This document shows, one piece after another, positions 17,627 through 26,936 of a stretch of DNA of 64,000 bases. The notes beneath the pieces were generated by a model, which made no database searches, had not been told where the DNA came from, and saw nothing but the letters and a program-made list of their open reading frames with translations. The position numbers were made by a program, and so were the translations under genes. The stretch spans positions 840 to 64,839 of the forward strand of contig DAOUJY010000077.1 in assembly GCA_034421995.1 (NCBI GenBank), written 5' to 3'. This DNA is from Dehalococcoidia bacterium (GTDB lineage: Bacteria > Chloroflexota > Dehalococcoidia > Lucifugimonadales > UBA3495). The stretch's first letter is position 1. Each line of letters begins with the position of its first letter.

Positions 17627-17687
17627 TGTACATTCGGGCGAACCGCCGGGGAATCGCACGCTTCCGAATGCCGCAATTGTCGGGCCG

Positions 17688-18146
17688 TCATCCTCCGCCG
17701 CTATCGAACTGCACCAGGATGCCGTCGGGGTCGTACACGAAGATGCTGGAAACTTCGCCGTTGGCGTTGGTGAAGCCGTCCATGGGTCCGGCCAGCTCCA
17801 CGCCGGCAGCGATGAGCTCGTCGGCCAGCGCCTTCACGTCCGAGACGGTGAAGGAGATGTGGCTGATGCCCACCTGGTCCAGCTTGATCGCCCCGCCGTC
17901 GGCGTCGTCGCCGGGATGGCTGGTCATGACCAGGGTGGGAACGGCGCCCTCGCCGTAGGACAGAACCGCCTGGCGGCGGGTGGCGCGGTTGTGGGCGTAC
18001 ACGTGGGGCAGGCCGCCAGTGGACGTGTCCTGCACCCGGTCAACGGTCACGCTCATGCCCAGGATGTCGCGGTAGAACTTGAGAGATTCGTCCAGATCGC
18101 GGACGCAGACGGCGATGTGTGAAACGCCGGAAGAGTTCATTGCCAT
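17688..18146 (-). CDS. VOC family protein, paralog of 16662..17117
   Basis: A manual gapless alignment to the 16662..17117 product gives 110 identical positions out of 151. GGAGG lies upstream of ATG 18146. Confidence 0.8.
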   Translation of the reverse strand: MAMNSSGVSHIAVCVRDLDESLKFYRDILGMSVTVDRVQDTSTGGLPHVYAHNRATRRQAVLSYGEGAVPTLVMTSHPGDDADGGAIKLDQVGISHISFTVSDVKALADELIAAGVELAGPMDGFTNANGEVSSIFVYDPDGILVQFDSGGG

Positions 18147-18201
18147 GGCGCTGCCTCCAATGTAGGCGTGAATGAGATAGTCTCAATAACTGGATGCAAT
18201 G

Positions 18202-19620
18202 CTACTGCCGGTGATTGGCGATGTCAAAGTCGGAGTAGTTCCGGGACTGTTCCCCCCTGCCCCAACCGTCCACCTTCCGCCAGATCAACAACAACGCGCC
18301 GACCCCGAGCAACATCGCTCCCAGGTCGGTGGCAGGGAAAGACCACCAGACGCCCCATACGCCGAACACGTGAGACAACGCGAATACCCAAGCCAGCAGC
18401 AGCAAGATCCGCTGCGCCACCGTGAGTAACACGGACGGCCAGGCTTTTCCCAAAGCCTGAAAAGCGATGGAACTGATGAACTCTATTCCAACTATGGGCA
18501 GCGCCAGCAACACCACACGCAGGGCGTCGCCTGCTTCCGGCGGCAGGGCATCGTCCTCGGCAAAAAGGCCGATGATTTGTCCTGCGAAAGGCATGAGCGC
18601 CGCAACGATTACGATCCCCCCTACCGTTGCGCCCAGGCAGCTTTGCCAGATTGCCTGTCGCACCCGGTCATAGTTGCCCGCCCCATAGTTGTAGGCCGCC
18701 AACGGGAGGTAGGCCAGGGCCGCGCCGATGAACGGCGCGAGGGCGAACTCCAGCACGGAATTGATGACCCCAAACAGGGCAATGTATCCGTCGCCGCCTT
18801 CGAACCGGCTGAGGATGTTGTTTATTACCACCACCACTATGGCGCGGGCTACCTCGATGATGCAGATGGGCAGCCCCAGGGCGAAAACCTCCCGCAACAA
18901 CCCGACCCGAGGGATCAGAGCATCTGCTGACACTCTCAACGCGCTTCGTCCGGACAGGTAGAACCACCCGGTGTACAAAACGGCCAGCCCCTGGGCCAAC
19001 ACGGTGGCCACCGCCGCGCCGGTAATGCCCCATCCGAATACCAGGATGAAAAGCGCATCCAGCGCGACGTTTGCTACGGCGCCGCCGGCCAGGACAACCG
19101 TAGCGGGCATCGGCCGGCCCTCGGCCATGAACAGGTTGTTGGCCGTAACCGCCAACATGGACAACAGGCTTCCCGGCAAAATAACGACCAGGTATTGGCG
19201 GCAGTGTTCCGCCGTAGCCGGAGACGCGCCCATCGCGCGCACCAATTCGTCCATGCGCGCCATGCCCACGACGGTGGCGACAGCGTATATCGGGATTAAT
19301 ATGGCGAGTGAAGCGCCGATGACGCGCGATGCTTGACGAGAATCGCGCGCTCCCAAGGCACGGGATATGACCGACATTCCGCCCAATCCGGTCAGCAGCC
19401 CCAGCCCCACCGCTGCCATCTGCACCGGGAACGCCGCCGACAAGCCGCTCAACGCATCAACCCCGACCACGTTGCCAACGAAGGCGCGGTCAACGATGCT
19501 GTACATCGCCATGACGATGATGGCGAGCATGGGAGGGAACGCCATCTGCAACAGCAGCCGCCACATGGGCGCGCTGCCCATGGCGTCGGCCTGGCGTGTT
19601 GAACTTTCGAGAGTGGACAT
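18202..19620 (-). CDS. MATE family efflux transporter
   Basis: The product is about 470 aa with 12 hydrophobic segments. The N-terminus is MATE-like (LLLQMAFPPMLAIIVMAMYSIVDRAFVG). Confidence 0.8.
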   Translation of the reverse strand: MSTLESSTRQADAMGSAPMWRLLLQMAFPPMLAIIVMAMYSIVDRAFVGNVVGVDALSGLSAAFPVQMAAVGLGLLTGLGGMSVISRALGARDSRQASRVIGASLAILIPIYAVATVVGMARMDELVRAMGASPATAEHCRQYLVVILPGSLLSMLAVTANNLFMAEGRPMPATVVLAGGAVANVALDALFILVFGWGITGAAVATVLAQGLAVLYTGWFYLSGRSALRVSADALIPRVGLLREVFALGLPICIIEVARAIVVVVINNILSRFEGGDGYIALFGVINSVLEFALAPFIGAALAYLPLAAYNYGAGNYDRVRQAIWQSCLGATVGGIVIVAALMPFAGQIIGLFAEDDALPPEAGDALRVVLLALPIVGIEFISSIAFQALGKAWPSVLLTVAQRILLLLAWVFALSHVFGVWGVWWSFPATDLGAMLLGVGALLLIWRKVDGWGRGEQSRNYSDFDIANHRQ

Positions 19621-19639
19621 TTCCGGTGAACCGGGCGTT

Positions 19640-19669
19640 TTGACCCGTCTGTTGCGCCGATGCTAAAAT
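19640..19669 (+). promoter_or_regulatory. Candidate sigma70-type promoter for yebC
   Basis: TTGACC (19640-19645), an 18-nt spacer, then TAAAAT (19664-19669). It lies in the divergent MATE/yebC intergenic region. Confidence 0.4.
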
Positions 19670-19771
19670 CTAATGACCGCGCATTATAAGAAACTCTGGA
19701 TGCAATGGAGCATCCGCCTGAACGCAAGCTTGGGCAATTTGGCCGAGCCGGGACGTTCAAGGAGGTGTTAG

Positions 19772-20539
19772 ATGTCGGGTCATTCCAAGTGGTCAACCAT
19801 CAAGCGCGCCAAGGGCGCCGCCGACGCCAAGCGTGGCGCCCTGTTCACCAAGCTGGCGCGCAACATATCGCTGGCAGCCAAGGAAGGCGGCGGTGGCGAT
19901 CCGGACATGAACTTCCGGCTGCGCATTGCCATTGACCAGGCCAGGTCCAACAATATGCCCCAGGACAGCATCACCCGCGCCATCCGCCGGGCCACCGGCG
20001 AGGGCGGCGAAGGGATGGAGGACCTGGCCGAGGTTACCTACGAAGGGTACGGGCCCAGCGGTGGAGCGATCCTGGTCAAGGCGCTGACCACCAACCGCAA
20101 CCGCACCGCGTCGGAAGTGCGCTCCGCGTTCAACAAGGGCGGCGGGAACCTGGGCGAAGCGGGCTGCGTGGCGTGGAACTTCGACAGCCGCGGCGTCATC
20201 GTCCTGGAAATCGCGGACGAAACGGTGGCGGAGGAACTGATCATGACCGCCATCGACGCCGAAGCCGACGACGTGAACTTCGAGGACGGTATCCTCGAAG
20301 TCTATACCACGCCGGAGAACCTGCTGTCGGTGAAATCCGCGTTGGAGAACGAGGGAGCGCAGCCGTCTTCGGCAGACGTGTCCATGGTCCCGAAGACCGT
20401 CATCCCGCTGGAGGATAGGGCAGCAGAGCAGACCCTGCGCCTGCTGGACAACCTTGAAGAATTGGCCGACGTCCAGAAAGCCTACACCAACGCAGACTTC
20501 CCGGCCGAGGTGCTGGAACGCTACGGGTCGGCCGCCTGA
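19772..20539 (+). CDS. yebC: YebC/PmpR family DNA-binding transcriptional regulator
   Basis: The N-terminus MSGHSKWSTIKRAKGAADAKRG is canonical. AAGGAGG lies upstream. Confidence 0.95.
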   Translation: MSGHSKWSTIKRAKGAADAKRGALFTKLARNISLAAKEGGGGDPDMNFRLRIAIDQARSNNMPQDSITRAIRRATGEGGEGMEDLAEVTYEGYGPSGGAILVKALTTNRNRTASEVRSAFNKGGGNLGEAGCVAWNFDSRGVIVLEIADETVAEELIMTAIDAEADDVNFEDGILEVYTTPENLLSVKSALENEGAQPSSADVSMVPKTVIPLEDRAAEQTLRLLDNLEELADVQKAYTNADFPAEVLERYGSAA

Positions 20540-21060
20540 TGCGCGTCCTTGCCATCGACCCCGGCACCTTGCGAATGGGGTACGGCGTCCTCGACGCCGA
20601 ACCGTCCCCCGAAGCCGACGACTACGGGGTGGTTGCCCTGCCGGCGTCAATGCCTATTGAAAACCGCCTGTACCAATTGCACACCCATATCCTGAACATG
20701 ATCCACGTATTCCAGCCCGACGCCATCGCGGTGGAGGACCCATTCGTGGGCCGTGGCGAGCGGGCGTTTGCCAAGTCGGCCCTGGCCATCGGTCAGGCGC
20801 AGGCGGTGGTGCTGATTGGCGCTGCCAGCCAGGGAGTGCCGGTGCATCGCTATGCGCCCGCCACGGTCAAACGCTCCGTCGCGGACTACGGCGGCGCCAC
20901 CAAGGAACAGGTGCAGCAGATAACGGCTTCCTTGCTGGGCTTGCGTGAAACGCCGGAATCCGATGCGGCGGACGCGCTGGCCGTCGGGTTGTGCTGTTTA
21001 AGGGAGCTGGGGACCGACAACCTGGCATCCCGCGAGATTGCCCCCGGCAAGGAATTGTAA
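20539..21060 (+). CDS. ruvC: Crossover junction endodeoxyribonuclease RuvC
   Basis: Matching segments are MRVLAIDPGTLRMGYGV and ESDAADALAV. The ATG overlaps the yebC TGA by 1 nt. Confidence 0.95.
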   Translation: MRVLAIDPGTLRMGYGVLDAEPSPEADDYGVVALPASMPIENRLYQLHTHILNMIHVFQPDAIAVEDPFVGRGERAFAKSALAIGQAQAVVLIGAASQGVPVHRYAPATVKRSVADYGGATKEQVQQITASLLGLRETPESDAADALAVGLCCLRELGTDNLASREIAPGKEL

Positions 21061-21063
21061 GCA

Positions 21064-21651
21064 GTGCTGGTCGGCGTGCACGGCGCGCTGGAGGCCGTCG
21101 GCGCCGACTGGGTGAACGTACAGGTCGGCGGCATCACGTTGCAGGTGTTCGTGCCGGCGTCAGCCATTACCACGCTGGGCAGCGTCGGGGAGCCGGTTCG
21201 CCTCCACACCATACTGCGGATCCAGAACGAACAGCCGGTGCTGTACGGCTTTCCCGACGTCGGATCGGTGGAACTTTTTGGCGCGCTGACCGGCGTGTCC
21301 GGAGTGGGACCGCGCTCCGCCCTGTCCATACTCTCCGAATTGGGCGAGGACGGTTTCCGCAATGCGGTGGCATCGGAGGACGTGGCCGCGCTGTCTCGGG
21401 CGCAGGGAGTGGGCCGCCGCATCGCCCAGCGGGTGGTGCTGGAACTGAGGGGCAAGTTGCCCGACGCCGATGCCGGAGCGCCGGGCGTTGTGACAGTGTC
21501 AGGAACAGATGCCGACGCCGTGGAGGCGCTTACCGCGCTGGGTATGCCGCTGGCCGATGCGCGCCAGGCCATTGCGTCGCTGGAACTGCCGGCGGACGCC
21601 TCGGTGGAAGATAAGATAAGACAAGCGCTGCTGGCGGCGGGCGGCGGGTGA
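21064..21651 (+). CDS. ruvA: Holliday junction branch migration protein RuvA
   Basis: GTG start. Matching segments are FGALTGVSGVGPRSALSILS and a C-terminal domain III. Confidence 0.9.
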   Translation: MLVGVHGALEAVGADWVNVQVGGITLQVFVPASAITTLGSVGEPVRLHTILRIQNEQPVLYGFPDVGSVELFGALTGVSGVGPRSALSILSELGEDGFRNAVASEDVAALSRAQGVGRRIAQRVVLELRGKLPDADAGAPGVVTVSGTDADAVEALTALGMPLADARQAIASLELPADASVEDKIRQALLAAGGG

Positions 21652-21728
21652 GGCGGATGGCATATAATGCGTGCGCCGGTTTGCCGACGTCGGCTTGAAC
21701 CGGGAACGCGCTGGAACGGGGTGTTGCA

Positions 21729-22520
21729 ATGACTACTGCGAAATCGCAAGCGTTGTCCACGGAACGCAACGTGTTCGACGGCATTTACTACCCGGATGAG
21801 GACGGTATTCCCTTGCCTGACGGACCGGAACAGGAAATCCATTTCTACCGAGTTACGCCGGTGCTGCGGGCTTACCTGGAGCAGTATTACGACGTAATCG
21901 TGACCGGAGACACCTTCCTGTATTACGAGCGAGGCAACCGCCGGGCCGTGGTGGCACCGGACTGCCACGTGACCTTCGGCGTCAACCGGGACGATATCCT
22001 CCCGCACAATTCCTACTTCACCTGGCACCTGGGTCGGGTTCCCGACTTCGTGCTGGAGATTGGGTCGCGGAGCACGGCCCGGGCGGATTTGGGTCGAAAG
22101 CGGGATTTGTACGCCTCCCTGGGCATTGGCGAATACTGGCGTTACGACCCCACGCCGGACAGTCGGCACTACGGGGAGCCGCTGGTGGGCGAGCGATTGG
22201 AAAACGGAGTGTACGTCCGCATAGAAGTATCGCCGGGGCCGGACGGTATGCTGCGCGGCCACAGCCCGGCGCTGAGCATGGATCTGTGCTGGGACGATGG
22301 CCGGCTGCGGTTCTACGATGTAGTCAGGGACGTGTGGGTCCCGGACTATTACGATCTGCGGGATGCTCACCAAGCAGCCGAAGAAGGACGCCAAGCAGCG
22401 GAAGAAGGACGCCAAGCAGCGGAAGACCGCCTTGCTGAGGAACGAGCCGCCCGCCAGGCTGCGGAAGCGCGCATAGCGGAAATGGAAGCCGAGTTGCAGC
22501 GTCTGCGGGACGAAGCATAA
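21729..22520 (+). CDS. Uma2-family (putative restriction-endonuclease fold) protein with a coiled-coil tail
   Basis: The segments YYPDEDGIPLPDGPEQ and VAPDCHVTFG..PDFVLEIGS..GIGEYWRYDP are typical of Uma2. The C-terminus is an AAEEGRQ-repeat coiled coil. Confidence 0.8.
   Translation: MTTAKSQALSTERNVFDGIYYPDEDGIPLPDGPEQEIHFYRVTPVLRAYLEQYYDVIVTGDTFLYYERGNRRAVVAPDCHVTFGVNRDDILPHNSYFTWHLGRVPDFVLEIGSRSTARADLGRKRDLYASLGIGEYWRYDPTPDSRHYGEPLVGERLENGVYVRIEVSPGPDGMLRGHSPALSMDLCWDDGRLRFYDVVRDVWVPDYYDLRDAHQAAEEGRQAAEEGRQAAEDRLAEERAARQAAEARIAEMEAELQRLRDEA
22371..22430 (+). repeat. 21-bp tandem repeat (2.8 units) inside the Uma2 gene
   Basis: The unit caagcagc[c/g]gaagaaggacgc occurs twice, plus a partial third unit. 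It encodes QAAEEGR repeats. Confidence 0.85.
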
Positions 22521-22532
22521 ACCGGAGGAACT

Positions 22533-24533
22533 ATGCCTGATTTCCAGTTGGTAGCCGACTTCGGCATGATGGGCGACCAGGAGCCGGCGGTAGCTCGCCT
22601 GTCCGAAGGCCTGCGCGAAGGCCTGAATTACCAGACCCTGCTGGGCGTCACCGGCAGCGGCAAGACCTTCACCATGGCCAACATCGTCCAGGAAGTGCAG
22701 CGTCCCACCATCGTCATCGCCCACAACAAGACGCTGGCGGCGCAGCTGGCCACCGAGTTCAAGGAGTTCTTCCCCCACAACGCCGTGGAATACTTCGTTT
22801 CCTACTACGATTACTACCAGCCGGAAGCGTATATCCCGCGCTCCGATACCTATATCGAGAAGGACAGCAGCGTCAACGAGGAGCTGGACAAACTGCGCCT
22901 GGCCGCCACCACGTCCCTGCTCACCCGGCGGGATACCCTCATCGTCGCGTCGGTGTCCTGCATCTACGGCCTGGGCGACCCGTCGGACTACTTCGAGATG
23001 GTGGCCCGCGTCGAAGTCGGCGAGGAATACAACCGCCGCGCCCTGCTGCGTCAGCTCATTGATATGCAGTACGAGCGCAACGACACCGATTTGGCCCGAG
23101 GCCGGTTCACCGTGCGCGGTGACACTTTGGAAATCGTGCCGGCCTACGAGGAATTTGCCGTACGCATCCAGTTCTTTGGCGACGAAGTGGAACGGATACT
23201 CACCCTGGACACCCTGACCGGAGAGGTGCTCAACGAGCGGCAGGACTTCTCCGTCTATCCGGCCAAGCACTTCGTCACCAGCCGGGAGAAGCTGGACGCC
23301 GCCCTGGTTGACATCGAGGCCGAGATGCACGAGCGGGTTGACTGGCTGAGGCAGCAGGGCAAACTGCTGGAGGCCCAGCGACTGGAGCAGCGCACCCGCT
23401 ACGACATGGAGATGCTGGACGAGACCGGCTTCTGCGCCGGCGTGGAGAACTACGCCCGCCACCTGTCCCGCCGGGAGGCCGGCAGTCCCCCGTGGACGCT
23501 ATTGGATTATTTCCCCGAGGACTACCTGATGTTCGTGGACGAATCCCATATGACGCTGCCCCAGGTGCGGGGGATGTACAACGGCGACATCTCACGCAAG
23601 ACCACGCTGGTGGAATACGGCTTCCGCCTGCCCTCGGCGCTGGACAACCGGCCGCTGCACTTCCAGGAGTTCGAGGACCACATCAACCAGGTGGTGTATG
23701 TGTCGGCGACGCCGGGGCCGCTGGAAATGGAGCGCACCAGCACCATCGTGGAGCAGGTGATACGGCCCACCGGGCTGCTGGACCCAACCATCGAGGTCAA
23801 GCCCACCGACGGCCAGATTGACGACCTGCTCCACGAAATTCGCCGGCGCGTCGACGCCCAGGAGCGGGTGCTGGTGACCACCCTCACCAAGCGCATGGCC
23901 GAGGAACTGGCCGATTACCTGTCCGAAATGGGCGTGCGCAACCACTACCTGCACTCGGACATCGAAACCCTGAACCGGGTGGAAATCCTGCGCGACCTGC
24001 GCCTGGGCATCTACGACGTGGTGGTCGGCATCAACCTGCTGCGGGAAGGGTTGGACCTGCCGGAAGTCAGCCTCGTCGCCATACTGGACGCCGACAAGGA
24101 AGGCTACCTGCGCTCCACCACCTCGCTGATCCAGACCGTCGGCCGCGCCGCCCGACACGCCTCGGGCCACGTCATCATGTACGCCGACCGGGTTACGGAC
24201 TCAATGCAGCGCTCCATCGACGAAACCTATCGCCGGCGCGGCATACAGGGGGCGCACAACGAGCGCCACGGCATCGAACCCCAGTCCATCCACAAGGCCG
24301 TCAAGGACATCACCGAGGGCCTGCGCGGCGTCGCCGAGACCAAAGCCGCCTACCAGGTGGCCCGCGAGGAAATGTCCCGGGACGATATGTACCGGGTCAT
24401 CAAAGACCTGGAGTTCCAGATGAAGGAAGCCGCCCGCGCCCTGGAGTTCGAGAAAGCGGCGCACCTGCGCGACGAGATGCTGGAGCTGAAGAAGATCATC
24501 GTCACCGAAGAGAAGATGCTGGCCATTGGGTAG
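22533..24533 (+). CDS. uvrB: Excinuclease ABC subunit B
   Basis: It has a Walker A motif ([10 protein letters not shown]), helicase motifs and a C-terminal UVR domain ([16 protein letters not shown]). Confidence 0.97.
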   Translation: MPDFQLVADFGMMGDQEPAVARLSEGLREGLNYQTLLGVTGSGKTFTMANIVQEVQRPTIVIAHNKTLAAQLATEFKEFFPHNAVEYFVSYYDYYQPEAYIPRSDTYIEKDSSVNEELDKLRLAATTSLLTRRDTLIVASVSCIYGLGDPSDYFEMVARVEVGEEYNRRALLRQLIDMQYERNDTDLARGRFTVRGDTLEIVPAYEEFAVRIQFFGDEVERILTLDTLTGEVLNERQDFSVYPAKHFVTSREKLDAALVDIEAEMHERVDWLRQQGKLLEAQRLEQRTRYDMEMLDETGFCAGVENYARHLSRREAGSPPWTLLDYFPEDYLMFVDESHMTLPQVRGMYNGDISRKTTLVEYGFRLPSALDNRPLHFQEFEDHINQVVYVSATPGPLEMERTSTIVEQVIRPTGLLDPTIEVKPTDGQIDDLLHEIRRRVDAQERVLVTTLTKRMAEELADYLSEMGVRNHYLHSDIETLNRVEILRDLRLGIYDVVVGINLLREGLDLPEVSLVAILDADKEGYLRSTTSLIQTVGRAARHASGHVIMYADRVTDSMQRSIDETYRRRGIQGAHNERHGIEPQSIHKAVKDITEGLRGVAETKAAYQVAREEMSRDDMYRVIKDLEFQMKEAARALEFEKAAHLRDEMLELKKIIVTEEKMLAIG

Positions 24534-24592
24534 CGCGATTTACGGACCAGGCAAGGTGTGCTACCCTTACACATCCAGCAGCTGGTGAAATT

Positions 24593-24913
24593 ATGTCCAA
24601 AGCAAGGGAGATCCCCATCAACATCAAATACGTCCGGCCGTCCTTTCTGGAGGGAATGGCGCGTTTGATGGACTTCGGCGGGACGCTGAACCATTACGAT
24701 GCGGCCTACTTCGAGGAACTTGCCGGGGAAATCCGCGCCCGGTGGCTGGACAAACCCGACGGCCCCGGGGCAGACGCCGAAGCCATCCATGAATGCTGGG
24801 TCCAAGTTGGCAACAGCTTGCGCCACGTGATGGGGATGCCTTTGGTGGACCCGTCCCAAAAGCGCCAGTTACGTATGAAAGCCCGGAAACAGCGTTATGA
24901 ATCCGCCGGATGA
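24593..24913 (+). CDS. Hypothetical protein (106 aa)
   Basis: The ORF overlaps the DUF2335-like gene by 17 nt. I recognise no family. Confidence 0.45.
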   Translation: MSKAREIPINIKYVRPSFLEGMARLMDFGGTLNHYDAAYFEELAGEIRARWLDKPDGPGADAEAIHECWVQVGNSLRHVMGMPLVDPSQKRQLRMKARKQRYESAG

Positions 24914-25388
24914 AAATTCCCCAAATCCCGCAACCAACCAGGATGAGGGATGGCGAAATGGCATCGTTCTGACGCGCGCCGAAATGACGGAATGGGATGG
25001 GCCGCTTCCGCCACCGGAAGCGTTCCGGTCTTATGAGAGCACGTTGCCCGGCGCGGCGGAACGCTTGCTCACGATGGCGGAAAACTGGCAGCAGCATCAA
25101 ATAGAACAAGAGCGAGGCGCTCTGGAACTCACCGGGGAGACCATTGCAGCGGCCAAAGCAGCCGGAGTCGGAGAGTCCCGACGAGCTTACCTGGGCATCG
25201 CGCTGGGCTTCATCATCGCCATGACCGGCTTGTGTGGCGGTGTATTCCTGGCGTCCATTGGCCGCGGCGGGATTGGCTTGGCCTTTGGCCTGGCGTCTCT
25301 GGTGGGCTTGGCCGCCGTGTTCGTGTATGGCGCTCAGTCTCGCCGCTCCGGGCGCCGTCGCAATGCTGAAACCACCGGAGCGGAATAG
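24897..25388 (+). CDS. DUF2335-like membrane protein
   Basis: The segment PPPEAFRSYESTLPGAAERLLTMAENWQQHQIEQE is followed by two TM helices. This is the DUF2335 pattern. Confidence 0.55.
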   Translation: MNPPDENSPNPATNQDEGWRNGIVLTRAEMTEWDGPLPPPEAFRSYESTLPGAAERLLTMAENWQQHQIEQERGALELTGETIAAAKAAGVGESRRAYLGIALGFIIAMTGLCGGVFLASIGRGGIGLAFGLASLVGLAAVFVYGAQSRRSGRRRNAETTGAE

Positions 25389-25410
25389 CGGTCACATCGC
25401 ATCACGAACC

Positions 25411-26535
25411 CTACCACTGCTGCGCCAGGTTGGTCACCAGGTTGTAGATAAACCAGCCATCTCCCGTGCGGAAGGTCTGCGGCTTGGCGGTCTGGGCATC
25501 CCGCATGACGCCGATGCCGTCCTCGTAGGGTTCAAAGGACACGATGCGGTCGTAGCGGATGCGGAACCGCTTGCGCGAGCCGTGGAAGTAGATGTGCTTG
25601 CTGGTCACGCCCAGCAGCCCGGTGTCCTCGTGGACGGTTTCCTCCCACTCGACGGCCCGGCTGCGGAAGGTGCGCGGGCTGTAATAAAGGCCCTTGGCCA
25701 CGCGGATGCTGACGCCGTGGGAAGTGCCGCGCCGTTCCCGCCGGGTCTTCACCTCGTAGTAGCCCACGCCGTCGATCAGCCAGACCAACTGCTCTGACTT
25801 CATCAGGTTGAACGGTGGTCGGGTGTTCAGGTTCAGGCGGTCCGGGATCAGGCCCTCGGCGGCTTCGCGGATGACGGCGGACTTGATCATGTTTTGATAG
25901 GCCCCGTTGGTATCCACCAGGCTCTGGGTCAGATCGAAATGGCGCAGGTAGCGCACGAGAGCATTCTCTTCGTCCAGGGAAAGGACACCGTCTTCCAGCG
26001 AACCTTCGACGGCGGCTTCCCACGCCTGCGCCAAGAGCAACTGCTGCTCCACGGACGACAATTCCGATTCTTCCAACGCGGCGGCCAGATCATCCCGGTG
26101 CTCATCGCCGTTCACGGTTGCCAGCGCGGCCAGGCGGGCGTCCAGCATCAGACGGTCCCGGGATGCCCGGTCCAACTGCTCGCCGGCGTCTTGACTGGTT
26201 TTGTCCCATTGGTCATTGAGGGCGAACTGGTCCCGGAAGTCTCGCAGCCTGGCCTCTTCGTCCTGGGTGAGTATCCCGTCGGCCAAACCCTCCGTAACGG
26301 CCTGATGCCATCCTTCGGCGATGACCGCCCTGATCACGTCGTCGTCGATGTATGATGCCTGGGCGATGGAGGAAAGATCTTCCAGCAACGCCGCCTCGCT
26401 GAAATTCGAGCGGCTCGCCGCTTGGGCGACCAGGGCGATCATCCGCTGCCGGCCGGACTGATAGGTTGACTCGCACCCTTTGTGCTTGCCCCGCATAAAG
26501 CCGGCTCTTTGGCCGCAGTATCTACAATCGCCCAT
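25411..26535 (-). CDS. Hypothetical protein with an N-terminal zinc ribbon, an internal duplication and a PH-like C-terminal domain
   Basis: The N-terminus has CRYCGQ..HKGC. The segment W..AV.EGL.DGIL..DEE..L occurs twice. The C-terminus is beta-rich and ends in a KHIYFHGSRKRFRIRYDRIVSFEP-type segment. Confidence 0.5.
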   Translation of the reverse strand: MGDCRYCGQRAGFMRGKHKGCESTYQSGRQRMIALVAQAASRSNFSEAALLEDLSSIAQASYIDDDVIRAVIAEGWHQAVTEGLADGILTQDEEARLRDFRDQFALNDQWDKTSQDAGEQLDRASRDRLMLDARLAALATVNGDEHRDDLAAALEESELSSVEQQLLLAQAWEAAVEGSLEDGVLSLDEENALVRYLRHFDLTQSLVDTNGAYQNMIKSAVIREAAEGLIPDRLNLNTRPPFNLMKSEQLVWLIDGVGYYEVKTRRERRGTSHGVSIRVAKGLYYSPRTFRSRAVEWEETVHEDTGLLGVTSKHIYFHGSRKRFRIRYDRIVSFEPYEDGIGVMRDAQTAKPQTFRTGDGWFIYNLVTNLAQQW

Positions 26536-26574
26536 GGGAACTATCCTTGAAGATGCTGTAACGGTCAGCGGTGG

Positions 26575-26934
26575 TTACTCCGCTGCGCCCGGCGGCGGTT
26601 CGTCGAAAACCACCCCTCTGCTTTCGGCTTCGGTTTTGCGCTGCAGCCAAGCTTGCCATTGCCGGTTGGCCTCGGCACGACCTTTCTCACGCTCTTCCGC
26701 ACGCCGTTTTTCAGCTAACGGCTTGACCCAGCGTTCCATAGCGTAATTGTAAAGTACCATAAGAATTGCTGCTCTTTGCACTGCGACCAACGCGGAAAAT
26801 GCGACGCCAATTCCAACGACCCCGCACTCCGGGGCAGCGGCGCGGATGGTCTCGGTATGCCACGCCCACCAGTGAGCATCGACGGCTTGCGCTTTTTCCC
26901 AGACGATGACGGCTACCGTGGGCAAGCCAAGCAA
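26575..26934 (-). CDS. Small membrane protein with a charged tail, hypothetical (start uncertain)
   Basis: The listed ORF (to 27087) overlaps the upstream gene. A TTG at 26934 lies just after that gene's stop. The tail is EKRRAEEREKGRAEANRQWQAWLQRKTEAESRGVVFDEPPPG. Confidence 0.3.
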   Translation of the reverse strand: MLGLPTVAVIVWEKAQAVDAHWWAWHTETIRAAAPECGVVGIGVAFSALVAVQRAAILMVLYNYAMERWVKPLAEKRRAEEREKGRAEANRQWQAWLQRKTEAESRGVVFDEPPPGAAE

Positions 26935-26936
26935 CG

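Noticed and set aside
20886-23462. An 858-aa minus-strand ORF spans ruvC, ruvA, the Uma2 gene and uvrB. Similar very long antisense ORFs are 3200..4558, 32564..34147, 37196..38560, 39054..40331, 44316..45566, 51666..52913, 53183..54238 and 60550..61659.
   Set aside because: These are shadow ORFs of well-supported genes on the opposite strand. Their products are Arg/Gly/Ala/His-rich low-complexity sequence with no recognisable motifs. Long stop-free antisense frames are expected in GC-rich DNA.
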